This document shows, in pieces, positions 9,516-21,638 of a stretch of 64,000 nucleotides of DNA (positions within the stretch are counted from its first letter, which is position 1; every line of letters begins with the position of its first letter). Where the stretch lies: assembly GCA_964536485.1 (NCBI GenBank), contig CAZHXX010000005.1, positions 42 through 64,041 on the forward strand. Reading direction: 5' to 3'. The position numbers were made by a program, and so were the translations under genes. Origin of the DNA: an uncultured Candidatus Saccharibacteria bacterium (GTDB lineage Bacteria > Patescibacteriota > Saccharimonadia > Saccharimonadales > SZUA-47). The notes beneath the pieces were generated by a model that searched no databases, was not told the DNA's origin, and saw nothing but the letters and a program-made list of their open reading frames with translations.

Positions 9516-10328
9516 ATGGTGAAGAGTGACCTACGGTTTATTGATACGCACTGTCATATCCACGACACAGAATTTTCCCAGAAGTACGATCAGCCCGTAG
9601 AGGAGATTATTGAAGAATCAGTACACGACGGCATTGATACCTTTGTCTGTGTGGGGACAGATGTGAAAAGTTCTGAACAAGCGGTACATTTTGCCCGTTC
9701 GCACGAAGCTAGCTACGCCTCTTTAGCGCTACACCCCCACGAAGTAGCGGGCCTTGACGATGCCCAGCTTGAAGCAGGTATTGCTCGCTTCAAAGCCATG
9801 TTGGAAGCCGATTCATCGAAGATTGTTGCCATAGGCGAGTGTGGGCTAGACTACTTCTACCATCAAGATGAAACCATACAAGAAAGACAAAAAAGGCTCT
9901 TGCATCTACACCTTAAACTTGCCCTGCAGTATAATCTGCCCGTTATATTTCATATTCGCGATGCTTTTGAGGATTTTTTTGAGATTATTGATGAGTACCC
10001 AAAAATAACAGGGGTAGTTCATAGTTTTTCAGCCGGATCTGAGCAACTGAAAGGCGTGTTAGAACGTGGACTCTACGTTGGATTGAATGGTATAATGACA
10101 TTCTCAAAACAAACAGACCAATTGCAAGCCGCAAAAATGGTTCCTCTCGAGAAAATGGTGCTTGAAACAGATGCGCCTTTCTTGACTCCGGCGCCATTTC
10201 GTGGTACAATGTGCAAGCCGAAACATCTACGTGTTACCGCAAAGTTCTTGAGCGATCTCCGAAGTGAAAGCATCGAAGACCTCGCACGAGCAACCACGGT
10301 AAACGCAAAAGCACTGTTTAGGCTTTAG
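9516..10328 (+). CDS. tatD: TatD family metal-dependent DNase/hydrolase
   Basis: FIDTHCHIHD motif, GECGLDY; track ORF starts earlier (9471) overlapping metG, ATG at 9516 more plausible. Confidence 0.8.
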   Translation: MVKSDLRFIDTHCHIHDTEFSQKYDQPVEEIIEESVHDGIDTFVCVGTDVKSSEQAVHFARSHEASYASLALHPHEVAGLDDAQLEAGIARFKAMLEADSSKIVAIGECGLDYFYHQDETIQERQKRLLHLHLKLALQYNLPVIFHIRDAFEDFFEIIDEYPKITGVVHSFSAGSEQLKGVLERGLYVGLNGIMTFSKQTDQLQAAKMVPLEKMVLETDAPFLTPAPFRGTMCKPKHLRVTAKFLSDLRSESIEDLARATTVNAKALFRL

Positions 10329-10351
10329 AGACGAAAATAACTGAGGTAAAG

Positions 10352-10909
10352 ATGTTCGACCTACTGGAAATATTAGATTTGAAGCCTGAAGCACCAGAAT
10401 ACGGTGAGTCTACTGCTGAGATTATCCAAAATCGCTCACTTGATGTTGGGGGCTCTTTAGAAGCGGTTGGCCTGGCTATTAGTGCAATGCTTGGTGGTGT
10501 GCAAGAGCGTGTCGAGACATTCACTCATCAAACTGACGTCGTATTAAGTCCGCAAGTTGTAGCTTTATCGCAAGAAGCGAGCCGTATTCACGATGAAAAC
10601 GAAGCTACTGTGCGCCGGATGGCGCTTGGTAATGACTTAGGCTTTAATCCTGGTGCGCCTGAAGATACTGCACAAATTGTTGCTAAAAACGATGACATGG
10701 CGAATGCGATAAGCATGGAAGACGCTCGCGAGCAACTTTCACAGGTATTTGCAGGGACAAAGGTACCTTTTGAGCCTCTTGCGACTGAACCCTTGAAGCC
10801 TGTAGGGCAAGATCGAATTTATACACCAGAAGAACAACAACGGATTGCTGAGCTGGAATCACAGGTTGCATCAATGCATGCTACTAATGATCAGTTTGCG
10901 AAAGCTTAA
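10352..10909 (+). CDS. hypothetical acidic protein
   Basis: 185-aa intact ORF; no motif recognised. Confidence 0.4.
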   Translation: MFDLLEILDLKPEAPEYGESTAEIIQNRSLDVGGSLEAVGLAISAMLGGVQERVETFTHQTDVVLSPQVVALSQEASRIHDENEATVRRMALGNDLGFNPGAPEDTAQIVAKNDDMANAISMEDAREQLSQVFAGTKVPFEPLATEPLKPVGQDRIYTPEEQQRIAELESQVASMHATNDQFAKA

Positions 10910-10927
10910 AAAACAGGGCGGGTTGGG

Positions 10928-11311
10928 ATGAATATCTTTACACAGTTTTTCAAAGGAACAAACAGCGAAGAGCGCAAGCAAGCAATTCTGCAGGATTTGA
11001 TGCGCCGTGAAGTAGCATTGACGCGGGATATCTTTGGCACCGTGCCAGCAGGTACTCAGCGTGAATTCTTCTGCCTCGATAAGCATACTTGGGTGTGGTT
11101 TGAAGAATGGACCGATGCCAATGGGGTACGTCAGCAAGTAACGACTCGCTACGTCGTACGACCGAAAGAGATTATCAAATCTCAGAATGGTGGTGCCTAC
11201 CACAAACTTAGCATTGAAGAAGCAAAGAACTTCCACGAGGCAACCAAAGCTTATTACGCTCGCATAAAGACACATCTATACGCAGATAAGCCAGCACGAC
11301 ACACGTCGTAA
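10928..11311 (+). CDS. hypothetical protein
   Basis: 127-aa ORF immediately downstream of previous; no motif recognised. Confidence 0.4.
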   Translation: MNIFTQFFKGTNSEERKQAILQDLMRREVALTRDIFGTVPAGTQREFFCLDKHTWVWFEEWTDANGVRQQVTTRYVVRPKEIIKSQNGGAYHKLSIEEAKNFHEATKAYYARIKTHLYADKPARHTS

Positions 11312-11313
11312 GG

Positions 11314-12468
11314 ATGGCATTTGTGAGCGCGCCTGTTTATCTTGATTACGCTGCGGCAACACCGCTTGACCCCGTTGTTCAACAGGCAATGACTGATTTT
11401 TATACCAAAAAATTCTACAATCCCTCGGCACTATATACTGGCGCTCGAGAAGTAAAGCAAGCCCTCGAGCAGGCAAGGGCACAAGTTGCGCGTAATATTG
11501 GCGCAAAGCCGAGTGAGATAACATTTACTGCCGGTGGCACAGAGTCTGCCAATCTTGCAATAAAGGGTATAGCGCAGGCTTATCCTAGTGGAGAGATACT
11601 AGTGAGTACTGTTGAGCACGATGCAGTGTTGCGCCCAGCGCAGGCGCACGGTGCGCAACTTGTTGCCGTAGATAAGTTCGGCAGAATTCTACTGAGTGAC
11701 TTGCAGAAGAAGCTTACAGACTCGACGGTGCTTATCTCGGTCATGTATGCAAATAATGAAGTAGGAACGGTCCAGCCTTTGGATGAAATTGCATCGCTTG
11801 TTGCGGAGATAAGAAAACTGCGCAGGCAACAGGGGAATAACATGCCACTATTTCTGCATACCGATGCTTGCCAGGCGCCGTATTATCTAGATGTAAATGT
11901 GGCGCGACTTGGTGTTGACCTTATGACGCTTAATGGGGGCAAGCTTTATGGTCCAAAGCAGTCGGGCATTTTGTATCACCGTACTGGTGTGTCTTTGCAG
12001 GCACAGATTCTTGGGGGCGGGCAAGAGCTCGGCTTGCGCAGTGGGACAGAAAGTGTGGCGACGTGCGTTGGGTTTGCTGTGGCGCTTGAGCAGGCGGTGA
12101 GTCAACGTGCGGAAGTGACAAAGAAAGTGAAGGAACAAACCGAGCGCTTCCGCCAGCTACTCGAGGCTCAGTTTCCGGACAGTGTGTACAACGGCCATCC
12201 TAAAATACGCTTGCCTAATACCTTGCACGTAACCTTTCCTGGCAAAGATAATGAGCGCATGTTGTTTTCACTGGATGACCAAGGAGTGTATGCAGCGGCT
12301 GGCTCGGCGTGTAGCGCCAGTAATGAAGAAGCTTCTCACGTGCTGAAAGCAATGGGATTGCGAGATGCTGATTCGCGGGCAAGTATCCGCTTTACGCTTG
12401 GGAAATATACCACCCAAGAAGATATTGAGCAGGCGGTAAAAGCACTTGTCGTTGCAGTGTACGCGTAA
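11314..12468 (+). CDS. cysteine desulfurase (class V aminotransferase, IscS/NifS-like)
   Basis: LDYAATTPLDP, FTAGGTESANLAIKG, HTDACQA (PLP-Lys region), C-terminal SACS active-site Cys region. Confidence 0.85.
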   Translation: MAFVSAPVYLDYAAATPLDPVVQQAMTDFYTKKFYNPSALYTGAREVKQALEQARAQVARNIGAKPSEITFTAGGTESANLAIKGIAQAYPSGEILVSTVEHDAVLRPAQAHGAQLVAVDKFGRILLSDLQKKLTDSTVLISVMYANNEVGTVQPLDEIASLVAEIRKLRRQQGNNMPLFLHTDACQAPYYLDVNVARLGVDLMTLNGGKLYGPKQSGILYHRTGVSLQAQILGGGQELGLRSGTESVATCVGFAVALEQAVSQRAEVTKKVKEQTERFRQLLEAQFPDSVYNGHPKIRLPNTLHVTFPGKDNERMLFSLDDQGVYAAAGSACSASNEEASHVLKAMGLRDADSRASIRFTLGKYTTQEDIEQAVKALVVAVYA

Positions 12469-12537
12469 AAGAGTTGTCACCGTATAAACAAAAGCGGTAT
12501 ACTACGCGGTAAAGGGGAATACCCCTTGTAACGCATA

Positions 12538-13383
12538 ATGGCTAGCAAAATTAAAGAAAAACTATCCTTAAAACGAGTTTTGTCCGCGGTGGGGCTAGTG
12601 ACGCTGTGTGCTTTAGCACAAATGGGTCCTGTTGACGCTCAGACTATCACTCAGGGCTATGCTTCAGATGGGGCTATCCAGCGCGCTACAATCGTGTCAC
12701 TGAGTCTTGATAATGCCAAAAAAGTCGAACCCACAACACTGGATAACGACGAGCGTATGCATGGTGTTGTGGTGAGCGCAAATGACGCGCCGTTTACTCT
12801 GTCTACAGAAGATGAAAAAACATTTGTCGCAACAAAGGGTCGTTTCGAGGCCTTCGTGAGCAATGAGGGTGGCACAGTGCAAGCGGGTGATTTTGTGACA
12901 ATTTCTCGCGTAGGTGGCATTGGGAAGAAAGCTGGCGATAAAGATCAATATATTGTTGGTAAAGCTGTTTCTGGCTTTGACGGAGAAACAGGAGTGCTAA
13001 GTACGACGGATGTTGACGATAATGGTATAACCAAGAAAGTTGCAATCGGAAGAGTTCAAGTTGACATTGGAGTTTCAGGCAACCCATTGCTCAAGCCAAC
13101 CCGGGCAAATTTGCCGGGCTTTTTAGAGAGAGCTGCTGAAACAATCGCCGGAAAGTCACCCGTCAATCCGCTTCGAATTTATATTAGTATGATCATCTTA
13201 TTTACCGCGGCTACGGTGTCGGGAATATTGCTCTATTCTGGCGTGCGAAGTAGCCTTATCTCTATCGGGCGTAACCCTCTATCTAAGAAGTCGATTACCC
13301 GAAGTTTGCTCCAGGTCATAATGACAAGCATAATCATTTTGTTACTCGGCATTTTTGGGGTATATTTATTGTTGAGAATATAA
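12538..13383 (+). CDS. signal-peptide protein with C-terminal ATP-synthase c-subunit-like helical hairpin (carboxylate missing)
   Basis: N-terminal signal peptide, ~180-aa hydrophilic domain, then two TM helices separated by loop GRNPLSKKS resembling c-subunit ARQPE loop; sits in the atpE position of the operon. Internal Met at ~13189 would give a 64-aa c-like ORF. Confidence 0.45.
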   Translation: MASKIKEKLSLKRVLSAVGLVTLCALAQMGPVDAQTITQGYASDGAIQRATIVSLSLDNAKKVEPTTLDNDERMHGVVVSANDAPFTLSTEDEKTFVATKGRFEAFVSNEGGTVQAGDFVTISRVGGIGKKAGDKDQYIVGKAVSGFDGETGVLSTTDVDDNGITKKVAIGRVQVDIGVSGNPLLKPTRANLPGFLERAAETIAGKSPVNPLRIYISMIILFTAATVSGILLYSGVRSSLISIGRNPLSKKSITRSLLQVIMTSIIILLLGIFGVYLLLRI

Positions 13384-13428
13384 GCATAAGTAGTAAGAAT
13401 AGACAGCGGTGGGAGCGCATAGACTAAG

Positions 13429-14058
13429 GTGAGCATTGGAATACTAGTCGTAGTACTATTTGTTATCATCATGCTTTCTGGCGTGGCCTTGTGGCTTATT
13501 TTTAAAAAACCAACAGATAAAGCACCAAAAAACAAGAAGAAAAACGCGCTTGAAGATTTAAGCGACAAAGCCGTTGCTGATGTAGAGCATATTTTTAACG
13601 ATGAATTTCGAGAAGAACTCCGCAACCGAGGCCGGCTTCACTTTGAAAAGATTATTGGTGAAAATGCCATGTTCTTGCAACAAGATTTACGCTTGACGAC
13701 AAGCCAGCTTAACGAATTCATGAAAAATGAAATTAGTAAGGTGCTAAAAGAGGAATTCTCCAAATACGAAGAATCTATTAATGACGCAAAACAGCTTGCT
13801 ATTGAGTCAATCCAAAAAACTCAAACAACCATTGAGCAACAACGTGAATTGCTGACACAACAGCTCAATGAACAGCTTGCGACTGAAAAGAGTCGTTCTC
13901 TTAGCCGGTTTGAGTCTCACATGGCAGACATCGTCAACCATTATGTGCTTGAAGCAGTGGGAGAACAGATTGATTTGAGCGAACAGCTTGAGTTTATTTT
14001 GTCACAGATGGATCGAAACAAAGAAGCGATTATTAAGGATATTCGCGATGGTGCTTGA
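13429..14058 (+). CDS. atpF: F-type ATP synthase subunit b-like
   Basis: GTG start, N-terminal TM helix then long charged coiled-coil region; operon position. Confidence 0.5.
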   Translation: MSIGILVVVLFVIIMLSGVALWLIFKKPTDKAPKNKKKNALEDLSDKAVADVEHIFNDEFREELRNRGRLHFEKIIGENAMFLQQDLRLTTSQLNEFMKNEISKVLKEEFSKYEESINDAKQLAIESIQKTQTTIEQQRELLTQQLNEQLATEKSRSLSRFESHMADIVNHYVLEAVGEQIDLSEQLEFILSQMDRNKEAIIKDIRDGA

Positions 14059-14737
14059 TGAGCAACATACGATTACACTTCCTGTCAGTATTGTAAGTCC
14101 CACTGATATTGCTCGTCTTACCCGTGAAATAGAGGCGATCGATAATTTTTTCCGTGAGCAACAAATTAGAAACGCGGGGGCACCTAATACGCCACCACGT
14201 TTAAGTAAACTGATGGACCAGCTTGCTTCTGATAATCAGAAGAATTTGTTAGTTGAAGAAGATCGTAAGCAACTAGTATTGTTGCTTGAAAAGCTTCATG
14301 CTACCGCCCCTGTAATGCACATTAGTTTTAGCGTTGACCCGCCGGGTGCATATGTGCAGAAGATTGTTGAATGGTTGCGCAACAACGTTCATAGCTATGT
14401 ACTCGTAACGGTTGGTTTGCAACCAAACATTGGTGCAGGGTGTATTGTCCGTACAACCAATAAGCTATTCGATTTTAGCTTGCGAGAGTTTTTCTACCAG
14501 AAGAGAGACTTTTTCATAGAAAAAATGCATAGCGTGCTTGTTGATATACCACAAACAGAGACGGTCGCGTCACCTGTGCAAACGCAAGCCACAGCTCCAC
14601 TGAACGAAGCTGCTCCTGAATCGAGTACGCCAATTGTCGTCGCAACGTCCCCGACTCCTGCTCAAGTCGTGCAGACGGCGCCAGCACCAGTTCCTATTAC
14701 AGTAAAAATGGCGCCTACAGAGGTTGCTCATGAGTAG
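14048..14737 (+). CDS. atpH: F-type ATP synthase subunit delta-like with Pro/Ala/Thr-rich C-terminal extension
   Basis: C-terminal core [27 protein letters not shown] resembles delta/OSCP IGG..VRVGD..ID.S motif; position between b and alpha. Confidence 0.5.
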   Translation: MVLDEQHTITLPVSIVSPTDIARLTREIEAIDNFFREQQIRNAGAPNTPPRLSKLMDQLASDNQKNLLVEEDRKQLVLLLEKLHATAPVMHISFSVDPPGAYVQKIVEWLRNNVHSYVLVTVGLQPNIGAGCIVRTTNKLFDFSLREFFYQKRDFFIEKMHSVLVDIPQTETVASPVQTQATAPLNEAAPESSTPIVVATSPTPAQVVQTAPAPVPITVKMAPTEVAHE

Positions 14738-16322
14738 TTCAACTGGCAATCAACACTTCGACAAACTTATAGACGCGGGAAAGCCTGTCGGTGAAGTTAT
14801 TGGGGTAGAAAAATTCTTGATTAAAGTCAAAGGCCTGCAACCTTGCCGAATCCATGCACTCGTCATGTTTGAGGATGGGTCAAAGGGCTTTATTCATCAA
14901 GTTTTAAGTGATTATGTGATGATTCTTCATCTAGGTGACGTACAGCTTCGGCTTGGCATGATTGCCGTGATTCAGCACGAAGAATTGGTTGCAAAAGTAG
15001 GGCGAGACTTCATAGGTCGTGTCATTACCGTTACAGGCGAACCGCTTGACGGAAAAGGTCCTATTGCTGCGGACGCTGTATGGCCGGTGTTTAACATCGC
15101 TCCACCTATATTTGCTCGTAAGCTCCTTGATCGACAGCTTGAGACGGGTGTTGGGGCGCTTGATGCGCTGTTCCCGGTGGTGCGTGGCCAGCGTATGGCG
15201 ATGCTTGGAGATAATAAGTCGGGAAAGAGTACGCTTGCAACGCAGATGGTGATCAATCAGAAGAATACTGACCAAGTTGTGGTGTACTGTATGATTGCAA
15301 AACGTCGTTCCGATGTAGACACCTTACTGGCTCGCCTTCATGAGAGTGGAAGCCTCGAGAAGGCAATTGTGGTGGTGAGCACCATGTTTGAGTCACTTAT
15401 TATGAGCTATATTGCCCCGTATGTCGCATGCGCAATGGCTGAGTATCTCTGGCAAGAGAAAGCCCAAGATACCATTATTATTTATGACGACCTTACCTCA
15501 CATGCACATGCCTACCGAGAAGTAGCCCTTCTTTCTGGGGTGAGCCCAGGTCGTGATAGCTATCCTGGTGATATGTTCTTTGCACACTCTAGTTTGCTGG
15601 AGCGTGCCGGGCGCCTTGATAGTAATAGTGCACACCTCACAAGCATCCCAATCGTAAACGCTGCGGGAGGTGACATTACTGCTTATTTGCCGACAAACAT
15701 CATGTCTATTACTGATGGACAGTGGATCTTAGATATGGACATCTTCCGAAATGGTATTCGTCCGGCAGTGAATATGGGCCTTAGTGTGACGCGTGTAGGT
15801 GGTGTTGGGCACAACAAGAGGCAAAAAGATCTCGCCGCTCAAACCCTTAAGATGCTCGCAGATTATCGACAAAGCGAAGAATTTTCACACTTTGGTTCTG
15901 AACTTGCGCTTGAGGCAAAGAAAGCACTCGATACTGGTAAGCGCGTATTTGAACTCCTTACCCAAAGTCCGACAGAAGTGTTCTCTTTGCAGGCTCAGCA
16001 ACTTATGCTTGACCTCACGCTAAATTTGCCAGACGGTGCAACGCTAGACATCGGTAAGCTTAAGCTAAACGCAAACGAGATTGCAAATAGTATGCAAAAT
16101 GATTCTGATGAAGAATATGAGAAAGCAAAAACAGCGTTGAAGAAGCTTGTCTTGATTGAGCTTATGGGAGCTCCTTCCTCAGACAAGAAGACGGAACAAG
16201 AGGCGTCTAGCGAACCATCTGCAAAAGATGCTGAGGCAAAGAAGGACGAAAAACATAAAGATGAACAGAATAGTGAGGCCCCAGCCCCAGCAGAGCCTAA
16301 AAAAGAAGAGGTAAAGAAGTAA
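14730..16322 (+). CDS. atpA: F-type ATP synthase alpha subunit (divergent P-loop GDNKSGKST, Lys/Glu-rich C-terminal tail)
   Basis: Alpha/beta family architecture; P-loop region, [38 protein letters not shown] conserved alpha blocks; TTG at 14724 in track, ATG at 14730. Confidence 0.8.
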   Translation: MSSSTGNQHFDKLIDAGKPVGEVIGVEKFLIKVKGLQPCRIHALVMFEDGSKGFIHQVLSDYVMILHLGDVQLRLGMIAVIQHEELVAKVGRDFIGRVITVTGEPLDGKGPIAADAVWPVFNIAPPIFARKLLDRQLETGVGALDALFPVVRGQRMAMLGDNKSGKSTLATQMVINQKNTDQVVVYCMIAKRRSDVDTLLARLHESGSLEKAIVVVSTMFESLIMSYIAPYVACAMAEYLWQEKAQDTIIIYDDLTSHAHAYREVALLSGVSPGRDSYPGDMFFAHSSLLERAGRLDSNSAHLTSIPIVNAAGGDITAYLPTNIMSITDGQWILDMDIFRNGIRPAVNMGLSVTRVGGVGHNKRQKDLAAQTLKMLADYRQSEEFSHFGSELALEAKKALDTGKRVFELLTQSPTEVFSLQAQQLMLDLTLNLPDGATLDIGKLKLNANEIANSMQNDSDEEYEKAKTALKKLVLIELMGAPSSDKKTEQEASSEPSAKDAEAKKDEKHKDEQNSEAPAPAEPKKEEVKK

Positions 16323-16323
16323 T

Positions 16324-18494
<2,171 letters not shown>

Positions 18495-18495
18495 C

Positions 18496-18813
18496 ATGGA
18501 CACAGCAACGACAAAAGATGATGCAACTGATCAGCATGCTCCAGTAAAAATTGATCCAAAGGCTGATCCTACCATGATGCAAATCAAGGTATATTCACCG
18601 TATCAAGTCTACTTTGATGAGTTAGCAACGAGCATCAGCGCCATAAACGATACAGGTCCTTTCGACATTTTAAAAGGACACCACCGCTTTTTGACTCTTC
18701 TTGTGCCCTGCGAACTTGTCATTGCGGCAGCAAAAGGCGAAGAAAAAATAAAGATTTCCCACGGGATTATGTATGTCAAGGAAGATCGTGTGACGGTCTT
18801 TCTTGATGTGTAG
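18496..18813 (+). CDS. atpC: F-type ATP synthase epsilon subunit
   Basis: MMQIKVYSPYQVYFD...FDILKGHHRFLTLLVPCELV matches epsilon beta-sandwich pattern; track ORF starts upstream overlapping atpD. Confidence 0.65.
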   Translation: MDTATTKDDATDQHAPVKIDPKADPTMMQIKVYSPYQVYFDELATSISAINDTGPFDILKGHHRFLTLLVPCELVIAAAKGEEKIKISHGIMYVKEDRVTVFLDV

Positions 18814-18843
18814 TTCTAGTTCTGAACGCCTGCGGATTAAGCT

Positions 18844-19818
18844 TTAGTCGATAACGATAAAGTCAAAACTTATAGAGCCTGAGGGTAGTGCTGTTGAGGT
18901 TGAGACGGTAAAGCCTGTGGTTGTCCTGTTTGACACAAACGAATAAGGTGCTGATGCATTCACAGGAGTTATGACAACATGAGGGTTGCTATTGAACGGC
19001 TTGTTGAAGCTAATGGTAGCAAGCGCACCACCACTCGCACTAGACCCAACGTTAATGGTTACTGTCCCAGCAGTATCGGTACCACTTATGGTCACCGTAC
19101 CACCCGAGCCAACAGCTCCACCTGAACTCACGCTTGGCGTGCCACCCCCAGCATCGATATGCTTGCCAAACTGCAAATCACCAGTGAGAGAAAGAGCATC
19201 AACTGTCAATGATGGAGCTGAGATTGGCCCTGCAAAAGAGCCTTGACCATTGACGGTAAGGTTCTTTTGAACCGTAAGAATGCCTTGGACGCTCGCGTCA
19301 CCCGCGATAGAGAGGGTATTTACCTGCACTTCATCAAAGGCACTTTTGCCAGAGACGGTGATACCAGGAAGGTTGAGGTCTCCACCAACTTTGATTGGTC
19401 CAGCCACATCAAGCCCGTCACGGATAAGTACTTTGCCGGCAAATACAGCGTTTGACTCAACGTTCAAAAGTTGCTTCGGGTCACCCACGGTTGCCTCATT
19501 GCTGGTGAGGCTGTCAATTGCATCCTGGGTGAGTTCTTGTGTCTTCACCGATTCTTCTTTTGCGGCCTGTTTGTTACTCGATTGCACGACCACGAAGATA
19601 ATAATGAGACTGATGATTATAAGGAGAATAAAAGCAAGCAAATAGATGTTGATGCGGTTTGCAATTTTAGTTGCAATGGAGCCTGGTGAGCGCTTCTTTT
19701 TTTTCTCTTCTGTTGATGAGCCTGCGTCAGGGGTTTCAGTAACAGTAGTGTCTTGCTCCTCCAACGTCTCCAGGGAATCAGCTGATTTTGATGCTTCGTC
19801 TTCTTTGTTCGGTTCCAT
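18844..19818 (-). CDS. membrane-anchored beta-solenoid (bactofilin-like repeat) protein
   Basis: Acidic N-terminus, one TM helix, then repetitive V/G/T-rich segments (VAGPIKVGGDLNLPGITVSG...TVTISGTDTAGTVTINVGSS) typical of beta-helical repeats. Confidence 0.4.
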   Translation of the reverse strand: MEPNKEDEASKSADSLETLEEQDTTVTETPDAGSSTEEKKKKRSPGSIATKIANRINIYLLAFILLIIISLIIIFVVVQSSNKQAAKEESVKTQELTQDAIDSLTSNEATVGDPKQLLNVESNAVFAGKVLIRDGLDVAGPIKVGGDLNLPGITVSGKSAFDEVQVNTLSIAGDASVQGILTVQKNLTVNGQGSFAGPISAPSLTVDALSLTGDLQFGKHIDAGGGTPSVSSGGAVGSGGTVTISGTDTAGTVTINVGSSASGGALATISFNKPFNSNPHVVITPVNASAPYSFVSNRTTTGFTVSTSTALPSGSISFDFIVID

Positions 19819-19959
19819 ATAACATGCTTAAGGTTTATTATTACCACCAGTGTATATGATTTGCCTTTTAATGTCACGAGAAAACGTAACCGTATTGCGA
19901 AGCTTCACATTCTGTGCAATAATCTTGTTAAAAGCAAAAGGATATTGGTAAAAACTCGC

Positions 19960-20643
19960 ATGGCACCTTATCAGCATCACGTCAATACCTACCGTAGAAT
20001 GCATCGTGCATCCAGAGTAAAGAAACTGTCAAAGTTAAGCCTATTTCTCGCGTCACTTGTTGCTATCGGCATTTCCGGAGATATATTGTGGCAAAAATTA
20101 CGAGCAGAAGATTCGGTGGTAAGCGTTGAGTCAACGTCTTCTGTTCAATCAGCTACGATTAACCTATTCCGTACTCCTTATTTTCAGTTTCAAGCAGATC
20201 GAAGCTGGGTCGAGGTTCCGGAAGTTAGCACTCCTACAAAGTTTATCTACAGAAGTTCCAATGGTCCGCTTTTAGAGCATCAGCTTACCGTCTATGTTAA
20301 TGAGCGTCCACCCGCTAAGCTAGCGGCTACTCATGTTTATACTGTAGCACTTGATGGTCGCAAGTTCAGCGAAGTACATCCAGCTGACAAGCACTGTAAT
20401 TCAGAGACAAAAGGCTTAAACAACGAGCCAAAAGTCATTACCTACAACGAAGTGACATTTAACTGTGATCTAGGCAGTTCTACTTTTTCTAGCTTCGTAG
20501 GGTTGCAGGGTGGCACGAATGAGATGGCAATTACTCGTCCAAATGGGGAGCAGGCAGTGTATTCTATCGTCTACGATGACCTGACTTTTTCTCCTAGCCC
20601 AAATCAAATAAATTCAATCATGAAGACGTTCCAGATTCATTAA
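19960..20643 (+). CDS. signal-anchored secreted hypothetical protein
   Basis: ATG at 19960 with AAAGGA SD; basic N-terminus and TM helix; track ORF begins at upstream alternative start. Confidence 0.4.
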   Translation: MAPYQHHVNTYRRMHRASRVKKLSKLSLFLASLVAIGISGDILWQKLRAEDSVVSVESTSSVQSATINLFRTPYFQFQADRSWVEVPEVSTPTKFIYRSSNGPLLEHQLTVYVNERPPAKLAATHVYTVALDGRKFSEVHPADKHCNSETKGLNNEPKVITYNEVTFNCDLGSSTFSSFVGLQGGTNEMAITRPNGEQAVYSIVYDDLTFSPSPNQINSIMKTFQIH

Positions 20644-20690
20644 AAGACAGCCAAAGCTTCTAGAACAACCTTTTTGCTTATGCTATAGTT

Positions 20691-21470
20691 ATGGCTATAG
20701 GTATGAGTAAAAAAGTTTTCTTCGTTATCGCAATAGCCACATTGTTTGTGGGCTCTTATAAAGATGTTGTCTATGCAGTTTCATCGTCGACAAACTATAG
20801 CGTGCAGGAATCAGCTTTTGGTGCGGGGAGCGGAAACGGTTCATCAGCAAGCTATGGTGCACAGGGTTCTGCTGGTCTTAATGGAGTAGGAAATGCCTCG
20901 AGCACCAATTATGACACGGTTGCAGGACTTATCACACCAGATGTTCCCTTCCTTGAATTTGTAGTTTCCGGTGCCACGGTTGATCTTGGTGTGCTCGATC
21001 CTAACACGCCTTCAAGCGGGGCTGCCCAGGCTGGTGCCTGTAACTGCTCGTTCTATGTTCGCTCATATGTTTCATCGGCATATGTGGTAACAACTATGTC
21101 GGCTCCGCCAACGAGTGAGTCTGGCAGGGTGCTAGCGGCAAAGGCAATCCAAGGCGTCCCGTCTTCGAGCCAAAGTGTCGAAGAGTTTGGTATAAACGTT
21201 GTGGCAAATTCCTCGCCTGCAATTGGTGCCGATCCAGTCAATCAGCCAGACAATAGCTTTGCCGATGGCGTTGCTGAAACTGGCTATAACGTCGCGAACC
21301 AATTCAAATACGCTATAGGTGATGTGATTGCACGTTCTGCAGGCACTGCTAATACAAAAGCCTGGGGCCAAACAGACTACACCATCAGCTATATCACCAA
21401 GAGCAGTACTTTGACGCCAGCCGGACTCTACAAGATGGATCATGTACTTGTAGCTACTTCTATTTACTAA
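20691..21470 (+). CDS. secreted protein, small paralog of the surface-protein family (WxL-like C-terminus)
   Basis: Signal peptide; shares TVDLGV block, paired Cys and GDVIARS / aromatic C-terminal motif with downstream paralogs. Confidence 0.45.
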   Translation: MAIGMSKKVFFVIAIATLFVGSYKDVVYAVSSSTNYSVQESAFGAGSGNGSSASYGAQGSAGLNGVGNASSTNYDTVAGLITPDVPFLEFVVSGATVDLGVLDPNTPSSGAAQAGACNCSFYVRSYVSSAYVVTTMSAPPTSESGRVLAAKAIQGVPSSSQSVEEFGINVVANSSPAIGADPVNQPDNSFADGVAETGYNVANQFKYAIGDVIARSAGTANTKAWGQTDYTISYITKSSTLTPAGLYKMDHVLVATSIY

Positions 21471-21559
21471 TAATTTAGTAACATTGATTGTTTCATGAAA
21501 GTATCATTTATATTAAGTAAATTTGTGGATAACTAGATTATTTTTGTGTAAAAATATGT

Positions 21560-21587
21560 TTGCTTCTGAAGACGTTTATGCTATAAA
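21560..21587 (+). promoter_or_regulatory. candidate sigma70-type promoter for surface-protein locus
   Basis: TTGCTT - 16 nt - TATAAA upstream of strong SD AAAAGGAG and ATG 21639. Confidence 0.3.
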
Positions 21588-21638
21588 TAAGAGGTAAATT
21601 AAAAATTAAACAAAAAAACACAAAAGGAGTACGTATAA

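Noticed and set aside
13141-13260. Apparent 1-nt offset between my reading of the printed sequence and the ORF-track frame inside ORF 12538-13383; a similar 1-nt disagreement at the 51356 start
   Set aside because: Most likely my own position-counting error when reading the text. The track ORFs are self-consistent, so I did not claim a frameshift or pseudogene. Hand-derived coordinates may be off by 1.
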